From positions 7,399,349 through 7,463,348 of the forward strand of contig NC_069003.1 of assembly GCF_001194135.2 (NCBI RefSeq): 64,000 nucleotides of DNA, read 5' to 3'. The position numbers were made by a program, and so were the translations under genes. The notes beneath the pieces were generated by a model. The model worked only from the letters and a program-made list of their open reading frames with translations, did no database searches and had not been told where the DNA came from. Below, in pieces: positions 12,706-24,445 of this stretch. The number at the start of each line of letters is the position of its first letter. Within the stretch, counting starts at the first letter, position 1. This DNA is from Octopus bimaculoides. Lineage: Eukaryota.

Positions 12706-13053
12706 ATTACTGCTGCCTTAGTGAAGGCAGAGGTATTGTTTTCACTCATGTTTGTTTGTTTGTTTATCTGTGGACAAGATATTTCAAGAACCAGACGATG
12801 GATTCGGATGAAAATTTCAGGGATGTTTGACCTCATGACTGGCACAAACTGATTAGAATTTTTGGATCAATCCAGTACCGGACAAGGATTCTGGATTAAT
12901 TTTTGTGATTGGTTGGGTTCATTTTTAGTATTCTCGTTTGTGAGAGCAATCGAGTTTATTTCAGATATTCACATTTTAAAAAACCATCTCTGGCTAATCA
13001 TTGAGAGGACGTTGGTGTTGCCTTGGCGGAGGTTTGAACTCTCTGAGTGCTCT
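12706..13053 (+). mobile_element. Helentron/HINE-like non-autonomous element (family K), copy 1
   Basis: Has subterminal inverted repeats (ac(c)t(c)cgcc.. and ccttggcggaggt), a (gttt)n tract after the 5' repeat and a 3' hairpin-like ctctctgagtgc. Colinear with 42398-42760. The class assignment is from recalled architecture. Confidence 0.65.
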
Positions 13054-13350
13054 TATTATTATTATCATTATTAACAGGCGGAATCATTACCATGCCAAGC
13101 AAATGCTCAGTGGTATGCCATCTGTCTTTATGTTCTGAGTTCAAATGCTACTGAAATCAACTTTGCCTTTCATCCTTTCATGGTCAATAAAATAAATACC
13201 AGTTGAATACTGGGGTCATTCTAGCCTTGAGCCAAAATTTGAAATCATCATTATTAGTCAACTGGTTGATCATTTATCCAATTAATTGATTGTTTCACAA
13301 ATTGTTTGGGCAATCAATCAAGAAGTTAGGGTTGTCAAAGTTCTTTCAAC

Positions 13351-13457
13351 CAGGGCTGTGGAGTCGAAACAAAAAAACTGACTCTGACTACTCTACTATT
13401 GGCACCTCCGACTCCAGCTACCCCTTAATTGTTTGTGACTCCGACTCCACCGCCCTG
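13351..13457. mobile_element. 107-bp hAT-type MITE with an 8-bp TSD
   Basis: TIRs CAGGGCTGTGGAGTCG and CGACTCCACCGCCCTG. TSD ctttcaac (13343-13350) / ctttcgac (13458-13465). Internal gactcc repeats. Confidence 0.85.
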
Positions 13458-14102
13458 CTTTCGACACTATCAGAGACTTCATCAATGACATCAAGTCTTT
13501 GTCTTCACTTTAGACAAAACAAATTCAATAAAAGTAACCATGTGATGTGACAAACATCAAAATATTTCGTTACATTATAACAAAAGAATTATTTTTAAAA
13601 CAAAACAAAAAAAAAAAGATTGACTGACTTTAGATATATGAAATTAGTTGAAACAAGCAAAACCAATTAGAGCTTTCATACAATTTCATCATTGTCATCA
13701 TCATCATCATCAACAACAATGCCTGAACATTACTGTCTCAAGTTCTGAGATTCATAGGGTCAGTTACCCAGTTTCCATGGAATCAAAGCCAAAACATTCT
13801 CCCTGAATAGGGTGCCAGCTCATTGCGGGGTTACCTATTCATAGTTTAGTGGACTGGAGCAACATAAAATGAAGTGTTCTTCCTCAGGAACACAGCACAC
13901 AGTCAGTCTGGGAATTGAAACCACAATCTTGTGATCATGAGTGCAACAGCCTACCAACTAGGCCAGTGGTTGTTAACCTTTTCCTTTTGTAGTGCCCCCT
14001 TTTTAAATAGCTGTTATGCCCAGTGCCCACCTGATTGGCGAGTGAGTTATCACAACTAAACTAAGTCAACATGGATGGTAATTTATAAATTTTACTCAAT
14101 AA

Positions 14103-14460
14103 ATGGATTATGTAAGCTGTGTGAAGAAGTGCCAATCTCTAACTGTGGAGGGAACCTGTGGTAGAGGTAGGCCCAGGAAGACATGGGATGAGGTGGTGAA
14201 GCATGATTTTCAAATATTGGACCTCACGGAGACAATGACTAGTGACCAAGTCCTTTGATGATGTGCCATGCTTGAGATGACCCGTCAAGCCAAGTGAAAT
14301 CGTAGTCGTGGCCAATGCTGGTGTCATGTAACTGGCACCCGTGCCAGTGGCATGTAAGAAGGACCACTCAAGCATTCAAAGTGGCATGCAAAAAGCACCT
14401 TTCGAGTGTTGGGCTTCACAGAGGCAATGACAAATGACCAAGACATTATCAAAAGTGTGG
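14103..14460 (+). pseudogene. RTE LINE 3' end: ORF2 C-terminus plus 3' UTR related to family D
   Basis: Translation SCVKKCQSLTVEGTCGRGRPRKTWDEVVKHDFQILDLTETMTSDQVL** contains the classic RTE G.R.RGRPRK.W motif. The downstream gtgccagtggcatgtaa...aaaagcacc matches family D. Confidence 0.85.
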
Positions 14461-14539
14461 GCATGTTGAAGAGGGCATTGGTCTATAGGGGTTGGTGAGG
14501 TCACATAACCTTAAATTTTATCTATGGCAGTAATTCATC

Positions 14540-14880
14540 ATCATCATCATCATCATCATCAACATTCAACATCTGTTGTCCATGCTGACAAGGGCTGGAT
14601 GGTTTAAACATGGCTGGCAAGCTGGAATGCCGTACCAGACTCTAGTCTGATTTGGCATGGTCCCTACAGCTGGATGCCCTCCTTAACACCAACTTCTCCA
14701 AGAGTGTAATGGATGCTTTTATGTGCCACCAGCACAGGTGCCATTTGCATGACACCAGTAACTGTCACAGCTATGATTTCACTTGGCTTGATGGGTCTTC
14801 TTCTCAAGCACAGCATAATATCAAAAGTGTGGAGAGGTGTGGGGTCTGCCAATCTAAAAACACAAAAAAATGCTTGAGAT
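14540..14880 (-). mobile_element. Family D copy
   Basis: (cat)n tail, then tccatgctg...ctacagctggatgccctccttaacaccaac...gccaccagcac. Confidence 0.75.
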
Positions 14881-15705
14881 ACACCATATGTCACAATTGT
14901 GCCATGGCACACTTATGACTCCATCGAGGAGTAATGGACCCGAAGAAAAGCAAAAGCATGACAAATTAAAAGCTAAGTTTCAAAACTTTATCTCCTGTTT
15001 ATTGACCACTTCAAAAAAAAAAAAAACTTGTCTAAATTTACATAATTTCACTTAAATTGCTATCTCGCCTGAAGCTTTTCTTCTGCTTGACAAAACAGAA
15101 AGAATTAACACTTTCAATTTAACGCTACCAGCATATAAGCCAGTACTTTGTCTAAACAGATTAAAAGTTTGTTAACATCTAAAAACAGCTGAATACAAAA
15201 CATGGCACAGTTAAACAGCATTAATTCTCAATATTCTTTATTATTTAGAGGAGGCAAATTAAAATATTTTCCATAGCTATTTTCTGTGTCTGTCTGTAAG
15301 AGGTCAAAGTGTTAAATATCTAAAACAGTTTGAGTCTATTATTGCAGTTAGTAGGAAGACTAGTATTAACTTGTAATTGAAAATAAAACTGTCGGTAAAT
15401 GAGATAACAAAATACATTGTTCGTGACAGGCTTCAAGAGCAATCAATTCAAAGCTGTGTCTATTTTTTGCTGCTTCTGTTATTGTAACAACTGTTGCAGA
15501 GGCTGCTGTACTCATTGTTGTTCTGTCCTCCCTGACTTCCTCTCTCTCTCTCTCTCTCTTCATTACATATTGTCACTACCTACTCAATGTCTCTTCATTT
15601 AAGCATACATTCAAAACTGCGGCTTTGTGGCTACTTTAGCAGTGCGTAAATAAGCTAAATGGGGAGGTACGGATTACAATCGAAAGCAAATAATCTGGCA
15701 CTCCA

Positions 15706-16005
15706 TCGCTTATGACGACGATGACGAGGGTTCCAGTTGATTCAAACAATGGAACAGCCTGCTCATGAAATTAACATGCATGTGGCTGAGCACTCCGCAA
15801 ACACATATACCCTTAATGTAGTTCTCATGGATATTCAGCATGACACAGAATGGGAGAAGGCTGGCCCTTTGAAATACAGCTACAACTCATTTTTGCTGAG
15901 TGGATTGGAGCAACATGAAATAAAGTGTGTTGCTCAAGGACACAACGCATCGCCAGGAATTGAACTGATGACCTTACGATCGTAAGCCAATGCCCTAACC
16001 ACTAA
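15706..16005 (-). mobile_element. Chimeric SINE: family E head and core joined to a family A tail
   Basis: gagggttccagttgatt...gaacagcctgctcatgaaattaac (A tail) is contiguous with caactcattt...gagcaacatgaaataaagtg..ttgctcaaggacacaacgc (E core). Confidence 0.7.
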
Positions 16006-16125
16006 TAGTACTGTATAGACCAATATGTCAACCCAAAATAATATCCCTGAACAGGATCTGTAAATGGAAGCTTACATTCAGAGCAGCAGCTTCTCACTTA
16101 CCTGAGCTTTTAATAAGGTAAGTGA

Positions 16126-16505
16126 GGAGGCGCAATGGCCCAGTGGTTAGGGCAGCGGACTCGCGGTCATAGGATCACGGTTTTGATTCCCAGCCCAGGC
16201 ATTGTGAGTGTTGATTGAGCGAAAACACCTAAAGCTCCACGAGGCTCCGGCAGGGGATTGTGGCGAACCCTGCTATACTCTTTCACCACAACTTTCTCTC
16301 TCTCTTACTTCCTGTTTCTGTTGTGCCTGTAATTCAAAGTGGCCAGCCTTGTCACTCTGTGTCACGCTGAATCTCCCCGAGAACTACGTTAAGGGTACAC
16401 GTGTCTGTGGAGTGCTCAGCCACTTGCACATTAATTTCACGAGCAGGCAGTTCTGTTGATCGGATCAACTGGAACCCTCGACGTCGTAAGTGACAGAGTG
16501 CCAAC
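16126..16505 (+). mobile_element. SINE family A, full length with TSD
   Basis: tRNA-like head ggaggcgcaatggcccagtggttagggcagcggactcgc, (caa)n end, and 14-bp TSD aataaggtaagtga at 16112-16125 and 16506-16519. Confidence 0.9.
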
Positions 16506-16599
16506 AATAAGGTAAGTGAGGAGGTACAGACTACAATCAAAAGCCAGTAATAATAATACTATATAAGCTAACCAATGAGTGTCAACTTGAAATACTCTC

Positions 16600-16830
16600 A
16601 TCAGCATCATCATCATCTAATGTCCGTTTTCCATGCTGGTATGGGTTGGACAGCTTGACAGGAACTGGTAAGGTCAGGGGGCCACACCAGGTTCCACAGT
16701 CTGTTTTGGCTTGGCTTCTATGGCTGGATGCTCTTCCTACCACCAACCACTCTACAGAGTGTACTGGGTGTTTTTTTACATGACACTGTCACCAGTGCCC
16801 TTTATGTAGCACCACCACCAGTGGTGCTAC
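16600..16830 (-). mobile_element. Family D copy
   Basis: (cat)n...gtccgttttccatgctggtatgggttggaca...ggctggatgctcttcctaccaccaaccactctacagagtg. Confidence 0.75.
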
Positions 16831-18404
16831 ATATCATATAACACATCTGCATCTATACTTAGTAGAGATAAAGGCATCCCAAATATTATTTTAGTAAGTT
16901 TAAAGTGATTTCTTTTGTGCCGTAAACCATTTACCATTTCTGTGGTGCTCCTTTTTCCCTTGATGCACTAAGCACATGCTTATTTGGCTTAATGGCTAAT
17001 CCAGCGCTGGTCAAAGTCAGAGTGGGTTTGTGAGGGATTTTATGCCAATCAGGCAAGTGATCCCTTTTTTCTAGTGATATAGCCCTGAGCTGACTAAAGC
17101 CTTATAGCCAGGAGATAAGGAAGTGCCCATGACCCCCTATAGAGTTATGGGCACTGCCTTGTCCCTATCATGGGGAGAGGGAAGGAGGAAGGAAAGTATT
17201 CCTAAATAACAGACCTGGCCCAAAGTCCAACAGAGTGGACTTCTTCACTAAAGATAACTAGGGGACCAGATGGTTTTAATCCAGGTAATGGATGAAGTCT
17301 AATTCTCAGGTAGGCCATGGTGGGATTTGAACACGGAATACAGAGAGTGGGAACAAATACCACAAGGTACCTGGTTTGGTGTTCTTAAAGTCCGACCAAT
17401 CCACTGCCTCGGATCGCTACACTTTTCTCTTTTTTTTAATCAACCCTGAAAGGATGAAAGGCAAAGTTGACCTCAGCAGGATTTGAACTCGGAACAGAGA
17501 GAACTGGAGCAAATGCAACAAAACTCTAATGACCTCTGCCAATTTGCTGCCAGCGCACAAATTAGAACTACACAGAAGAAAGCTCTTGGGAAAAGGTACG
17601 AATCTCACTTTCTGTATTTAGATCTGAAGCCTCATGGCTACGTATGAAATCAATTTTCGGTTTGGAACCAAGACACAGCATCATGTCAAACGAGTGGCTG
17701 TTATCTTTTTGTTGCTGTTGTTGTTGTTTTGCTTTTATTATTATTATTATTATTATTANNNNNNNNNNATTATTATTATTATTATTATATTTTTTTTTTG
17801 TTTTTTTGGAAATATGTGCTATTATTATTTTCTGAAATTGCCACTTATTAATTTAACCAAATCAACTCCACTAATTAGTCATTTTAATTTCATAATAAAA
17901 TTAACAACAGCATCAATAACAATAATAATAATAGTAATAATAATGACGATGATGGTGGTGATGATGATAATGATTAAAAAAAAAAAAGAACCTGCCATAT
18001 ACTGCAGACCAGACCATCAATTTAACAATTGAGATCTTTAAATCAGGAACAGATTCCACATTAAATAACAATTAAACAACACTCTTAAATTATCTCACCA
18101 CATCGACAATTAGATTTCCCCCCATTTCTGCCCCATCTTGCCCACATTCTTTTTCGTCTCTTTCATCTGTCTCTTTCTCTGTCTCTCCTCCTCTCTTTCT
18201 CCATATTTTTCTTTCTAACTCTTTCTCTCTGTCACTTCCTTCTCATCTGTTCATCTCTGTTATCTATCTAAAATCTCTCCTTTTCTCTGCATGTGTGTGT
18301 GTCCATTGCTGTCCTTTTTTTAAGCTTTATTCCTTTTTTCTCCTTGTCTTTTCCTGCTTATCAATCTGTATTTTCTATTTCATTCTCTTATTCTCGTTCT
18401 CTCT

Positions 18405-18605
18405 TTCTGTATCTATCTATCTATCTATCTAACCCTATATCCATCTATCTAACCCTATATCTATCTATCTATCTATCTAACCCTATATCTATCTATCTAT
18501 CTATCTATCTATCTAACCCTATATCTATCTATCTAACCCTATATCTATCTATCTATCTATCTATCTAACCCTATATCTATCTATCTATCTATCTATCTGT
18601 CTGTC
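18405..18605. repeat. (TCTA)n microsatellite punctuated by aaccctat units
   Basis: Read directly: ctaaccctat recurs 5 times between ATCT runs. Confidence 0.9.
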
Positions 18606-19131
18606 TGTGTCTCCTTATCTCTCCTTATCCCTCAATGTCTTCTTATTTAAGTCTTATTCTTTCTTTCTCCCTTTCACTCCCTGCTTATCACTTTGTTTCT
18701 ATTTTCTATCTAATCGTATCTGCCAGTCTTTCTGTTTCTCTCTCTCTCTCTCTCTCTCTCTCCTTGCCAATAGTTCTTTCTCAAGTAAGATGCTCCAACC
18801 AAATTCCATCCATCTAATAATACACCCAACTCAAAAAGTCCATCGATTGAACAAAAATCAAAGAATGCCACAGATCCATTCCTAACCACTGGTTAAAGAG
18901 TAAACTATCAGTTGCAGAGATGACCACTGGAAGAAAATAGCTGATTGCTAATAATAATAATAATAATAAAATTCTAATGATAGCTAGCTGCCGATCATTA
19001 GGACCAGCCTCTCAACTATGGATTATAATTACATCATATGGTGAACAGGTTGAATATCAGCTTCAACGACGGATGCAGTAAGCTATAATATTTATCGCAT
19101 CAGTATCTTTGATGCAACGTTACATATAAAC

Positions 19132-19360
19132 TTAACCCTTTCGTTACTGTATTTATTTTGAGATGCTCTGTGTTTCTTTCAATTACGTTAAATATAAAAG
19201 AAAATTTAGTAAAATAACTTAGTTATCATTAAGCTGGTGTTAGGAACATAAATTGTGACTAAGGTTTGGTGGAAGATTTTAATTCAAAACTTATGAAAAC
19301 AAGACATTTGTACTACAGAGCCAGAGCCGGTTTCAGCTGGGTTGGTAACAAAAGGGTTAA
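19132..19360. mobile_element. piggyBac-like MITE (family F), copy 1
   Basis: ttaa|CCCTTTCGTTAC ... GTAACAAAAGGG|ttaa: TTAA TSD and CCC termini. Confidence 0.85.
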
Positions 19361-19383
19361 GAATTGTTTCTCTATTATATATT

Positions 19384-19741
19384 TTAACCCTTTCGTTACT
19401 GTATTTATTTTGAGATGCTCTCTGTTTCTTTCAATTAATTTTAAATAAAACAAAGAATTTAGTAAAATAACTTAGTTATCATTAAGCTAGTGTTAGGAAC
19501 ATAAATTGTGACTAAGGTTTGGTGGAAGATTTTAATTCAAAACTTATGAAAACAAGACCTTTGTACTACAGAGCCAGAGCCGGTTTCAGCTGGGTTGGTA
19601 TCGAAAGAGTTCTGCTGGAGTTAGGCACATAAATTGTGACTAAGGTTCGGTGGAAGATTTTAATTCAAAACTTATGAAAACAAGACATTTGTACTACAGA
19701 GCCAGAGCTGGTTTCAGCTGGGTTGGTAACGAAAGGGTTAA
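19384..19741. mobile_element. piggyBac-like MITE (family F), copy 2 with a duplicated 3' half
   Basis: ttaa|CCCTTTCGTTAC ... GTAACGAAAGGG|ttaa. The segment acataaattgtgactaagg...cagctgggttggta occurs twice inside. Confidence 0.85.
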
Positions 19742-20023
19742 GAGAACTTAATAGAAAGTACATACAATTTTTTTTATTCGAAGTAAATATCATTCCATTC
19801 TTGGAGAAACTGCAGACAATCTCTTCTCAACATACAAGAGAAGTCTATCTTGTATGATTTTCACAAGCTTAACATATGAGTGAACACCATCATCATCATG
19901 TTGAAGGTTTAACATCTAGTTTTCCATGCTTGCATGGGTTAGACATAATTTAATCGAGGCAAATTTTCTATGGCTGAATACCCTTCTTGTTCGTAACCCT
20001 CACCTGTTTCTAAGCAAGGTAAT

Positions 20024-20245
20024 GTTTATTTCTTTATTGCCCACAGAGAGCTAAACATAGAGGGGACAAAGAGATGAAGTCGATTACATTGACCCCAGTG
20101 CATAACTGGTACTTAATTTATTGACCCTGAAAGGATGAAAGGCAAAGTTGACCTCGGTGGAATTTGAACTCAGAACGTAACGGCAGAGGAAATACCACAA
20201 AGCATTTTGCCCAGCATGCTAACGATTCTGCCAGCTCACCACCTT
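20024..20245 (-). mobile_element. SINE family B (tail variant B3) with TSD
   Basis: 12-bp TSD aagcaaggtaat (20012-20023 and 20246-20257). Head aaggtggtgagctggcagaatcgttagc. Core tttcatcctttcagggtcaataaattaagtaccag, possibly the Meta/MESC domain (unverified recall). Confidence 0.85.
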
Positions 20246-20432
20246 AAGCAAGGTAATAACCACTAATATGATAGTGATGCTCATTTACAACCATCTTGTG
20301 ATGTCTAGAGTGAAGGGGGGGGTACATACATACATACATACCAGAAGTTTATCATTTAAGTATATATGAGCATGTCTAGATATGTAACTATATGCATGAG
20401 AATTCACACATAAAACAAAACATACAAATTTG

Positions 20433-20498
<66 letters not shown>

Positions 20499-20500
20499 TT

Positions 20501-20757
20501 TGTGCGGGTGGCACATGAAATGCACCATTTTGAGCGTGGCCGTTGCCAGTACCGCCTGACTGGCCTTCGTGCAGGTGACACGTAAAAGCACCCACCACAC
20601 TCTCTGAGTGGTTGGCGTCAGGAAGGGCATCCAGCTGTAGAAACTCTGCCAAATCAGATTGGAGCCTGGTGTAGCCATCTGGTTTCACCAGTCCTCAGTC
20701 AAATCGTCCAACCCATGCTAGCATGGAAAGCGGACGTTAAACGACGATGACGACGAC
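20501..20757 (+). mobile_element. Family D, well-preserved copy
   Basis: gacacgtaaaagcacccaccacactctctgagtggttggcgtcaggaagggcatccagctgtagaaac...gcatggaaagcggacgttaaac(gac/gat)n. Confidence 0.85.
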
Positions 20758-20947
20758 ATGCACACACAAAAATTCCAATGAAGGAGCCTTGGATCTAGGT
20801 TAGAAACTGAATCTTTATCTATTTTGGCAAAGAATCTTGAAATAAGACAATAATACTTCTGACTACACAACGCTGCCTGTGCCTTCCTTAAAAAGCAAAA
20901 GAAATCAACTAAGTCCCATTAGTTTTGGTTCATTATTACATCAATTA

Positions 20948-21166
20948 AAGGGGGCGAGCTTGCAGAAATGTTAGCACGCTGGGCGAAATGCCAGGTGGTA
21001 CTTCGTCTGTCTTTACATTCTGAGTTCAAATTCTGCTGTGGTCAGCTTTGTCTTTCATCCTTTCAGGGTTGATAAACTAAGTACCAGTTGCATACTTGGG
21101 TCGATTTAATCGACTGGCATCCCCCCTCCCCGCCAAATTTCAGGCCTTGTGCCTAGAGTAGAAAAG
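20948..21166 (+). mobile_element. SINE family B (tail variant B1) with a 16-bp TSD
   Basis: TSD attattacatcaatta at 20932-20947 and 21167-21182. Confidence 0.85.
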
Positions 21167-22766
21167 ATTATTACATCAATTAATTGGTAAGTTAAATAGC
21201 GATTGATTGATTAAGAGTTGATGGCTATTTGGTTTAAGATATTATTTGACAGCAGGAAAATTTGGAAGTATTTAAATTGCTAGCGTTTTAGAAAAGGGAA
21301 AGAAAGCCATGGAATAATTGTGTTTCTAATGCATAATTGCAGCCTGCAGAAATACTTGTACTTCAGCTGCGTTATGCATCAGTGGTTTATCCAGGAAATA
21401 TATTGGGTTGGCAAAGCAGCTTCTATTTATATAATTGTCCTATATTGTCTCAAAGGACATGTTCAAAGGAATCTGTCAGGTTATAAAGTAATAAATAATA
21501 ATGCATTATGCAAATATAAAACCTACAGGTAGGCTTTCAGGATATTTCTCCTAGAACACATCTATGGGGAAAAATGGAAAATGGTGATGAAGAAAGGGTG
21601 GTGACAGAAGAGGAAAAAAAAAAGAGAGTGGTGGAGGTGGTGGAGGAGAAAGGGGGAACGTGAGAGAGTGTGGGGTAGCGACAGGGGAGAAGGGGAACGG
21701 GATGGGGAAGGAAAGGGGTAGAAGGGGACGGGGGAGAAATAGAGAGAGAAGAAAGGGATAACAGGAGAAGAGTGATAGAGAAAGGAGAAGAGAGAGATGA
21801 GGGAGGNNNNNNNNNNNNNNNNNNNNNNNNNNNNNNNNNNNNNNNNNNNNNNNNNNNNNNNNNNNNNNNNNNNNNNNNNNNNNNNNNNNNNNNNNNNNNN
21901 NNNNNNNNNNNNNNNNNNNNNNNNNNNNNNNNNNNNNNNNNNNNNNNNNNNNNNNNNNNNNNNNNNNNNNNNNNNNNNNNNNNNNNNNNNNNNNNNNNNN
22001 NNNNNNNNNNNNNNNNNNNNNNNNNNNNNNNNNNNNNNNNNNNNNNNNNNNNNNNNNNNNNNNNNNNNNNNNNNNNNNNNNNNNNNNNNNNNNNNNNNNN
22101 NNNNNNNNNNNNNNNNNNNNNNNNNNNNNNNNNNNNNNNNNNNNNNNNNNNNNNNNNNNNNNNNNNNNNNNNNNNNNNNNNNNNNNNNNNNNNNNNNNNN
22201 NNNNNNNNNNNNNNNNNNNNNNNNNNNNNNNNNNNNNNNNNNNNNNNNNNNNNNNNNNNNNNNNNNNNNNNNNNNNNNNNNNNNNNNNNNNNNNNNNNNN
22301 NNNNNNNNNNNNNNNNNNNNNNNNNNNNNNNNNNNNNNNNNNNNNNNNNNNNNNNNNNNNNNNNNNNNNNNNNNNNNNNNNNNNNNNNNNNNNNNNNNNN
22401 NNNNNNNNNNNNNNNNNNNNNNNNNNNNNNNNNNNNNNNNNNNNNNNNNNNNNNNNNNNNNNNNNNNNNNNNNNNNNNNNNNNNNNNNNNNNNNNNNNNN
22501 NNNNNNNNNNNNNNNNNNNNNNNNNNNNNNNNNNNNNNNNNNNNNNNNNNNNNNNNNNNNNNNNNNNNNNNNNNNNNNNNNNNNNNNNNNNNNNNNNNNN
22601 NNNNNNNNNNNNNNNNNNNNNNNNNNNNNNNNNNNNNNNNNNNNNNNNNNNNNNNNNNNNNNNNNNNNNNNNNNNNNNNNNNNNNNNNNNNNNNNNNNNN
22701 NNNNNNNNNNNNNNNNNNNNNNNNNNNNNNNNNNNNNNNNNNNNNNNNNNNNNNNNNNNNNNNNNN

Positions 22767-23068
22767 TCCGATCAACGGAACAGCCTGCTCGTGAAATTAA
22801 CGTGTTGAGCACTCCACAGACACGTGCACCCTTAACGTAGTTCTCGGGGATGTTCAGCGTGACACAGAGTGTGACAAGGCTGACCCTTTGAATTACAGGC
22901 ACAACAGGAAGTAAGAGTGAGAGAAAGTTGTGGTGGAAGAGTACAGCAGGGTTCACCACCATCCCCTGCCGGAGCCTCGTGGAGCTTTAGGTGTTTTCGC
23001 TCAATAAACACTCACTGGGAATCGAAACCGCGAGTCCGCTGCCCTAACTACTGGGCCATTGCGCCTCC
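22767..23068 (-). mobile_element. SINE family A copy (3' end lost in a gap)
   Basis: Reverse complement of 16126-16505, with a short internal deletion in the head. Confidence 0.9.
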
Positions 23069-24445
23069 ACCCTGTCAACATATTCACTGTTTAAGAAAAA
23101 TCCCATCAGTCCATCTAGTTATAAACAGCATCAACTAAATAGATAGAAATTAAGATAAATACCCCTTCGGATGCATGGGATCTGTGAGAGTCTTTACTTA
23201 GTTCCAGGTATGATGTTATATAAATAAGATATAAATCACTCCCCAACAACTTACTCAAAGTGGGAAGTGGTTTATACCTTTTCGTATGATTACGTTGATA
23301 CCACGTCATACTTGTAAATAAGTGTCACACAAGCAGCCTCTTTCGTTTTCAATATTCTGCAAGAACTTGTCAGGTCAAGAAGAAATATTACCTTGTTTGA
23401 TGTTAGGAAGAGAAGCTACACATAGAAAATCTGACCCACGCAAGCATGGAAATGTAGACGTTAAAACGGCGACGATAATTGAAGTATGGAAAGCAAAAGT
23501 CATCAGAAATAATAGCAGAGAAAATTGTCAATGTTAATTGAAAAATAAAGAAAATATTGAAATATTTGGAAGGGGGGGGGGGAAAAGGAAAAATAATTAA
23601 ATCTAACAAACAAACTGACAGCAGCATGTATTTATCACAGAAATTTTCCTTTTCAGAATTGTTTGTTATCTTTTATATTTACATAGCTAGCAACTTGAAC
23701 TAGCCACTGGCAACTTTTTATCAGTTATAAGTTCTCTGCAATAATTAAATATCATAGAGCAATCTTTTAACACACGACACACTAATTCACAACACTACAC
23801 AATACTAAATGTTGCCTCTGGTGTTAGAAATGTGAAGCCTTTACAGTAACTATATCAAAACATAAGTTCTCTGCAATGCATAATTAAATATCATCGCCCA
23901 ATCTTTTATTAAACGACACAACAATTTAAAACCACACAATATCATTTAAACGTTGCCTCTGGTATTAAAGATACGAAATCTTTAGTTATTATTAGCATAA
24001 TTCAATGAAAAACAATACTTATTACCTACATCTTTAACAGATATTACCAAAATTTATTAGAGAAAATACTCCAAAGATTCTGGTGTTTCTTTTATAACGT
24101 ATATTATATTTTATGAGATATTTATTCTACAACCAAACTAGGGCCATCCACATTTACTGTAATATAACTTACGATTCATGTTAGCTGTGTCACTGGAAAA
24201 AAGATTCTAATAACTACATAAACGATTATCTCTAAAAGCACAGACATAGCTATATGGATAAGTTTGCTTTGAAACCACACGCTTTTGGGTTCAATCCCAC
24301 TGCACAGCGCTTTGGACAAATGTTTCTCCTATTACAGCCTCAAATTGACCAATACCTTGTGAACAAATTAGGAAAATATCGTTTTTTGTAGCCTTTCTTA
24401 CTCTTTTCTGATGAACAGTGGCTCGTTATTAGTATAAAAGCATTT

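Noticed and set aside
16560-16600. CTGATGA-GAGT...ACTC on the minus strand
   Set aside because: It is not followed by GAAA, so it is a chance stem next to a (CAT)n tail.
18405-18605. ctaaccct units as interstitial telomeric repeats
   Set aside because: They are isolated 8-mers within (TCTA)n, with no tandem TTAGGG array.
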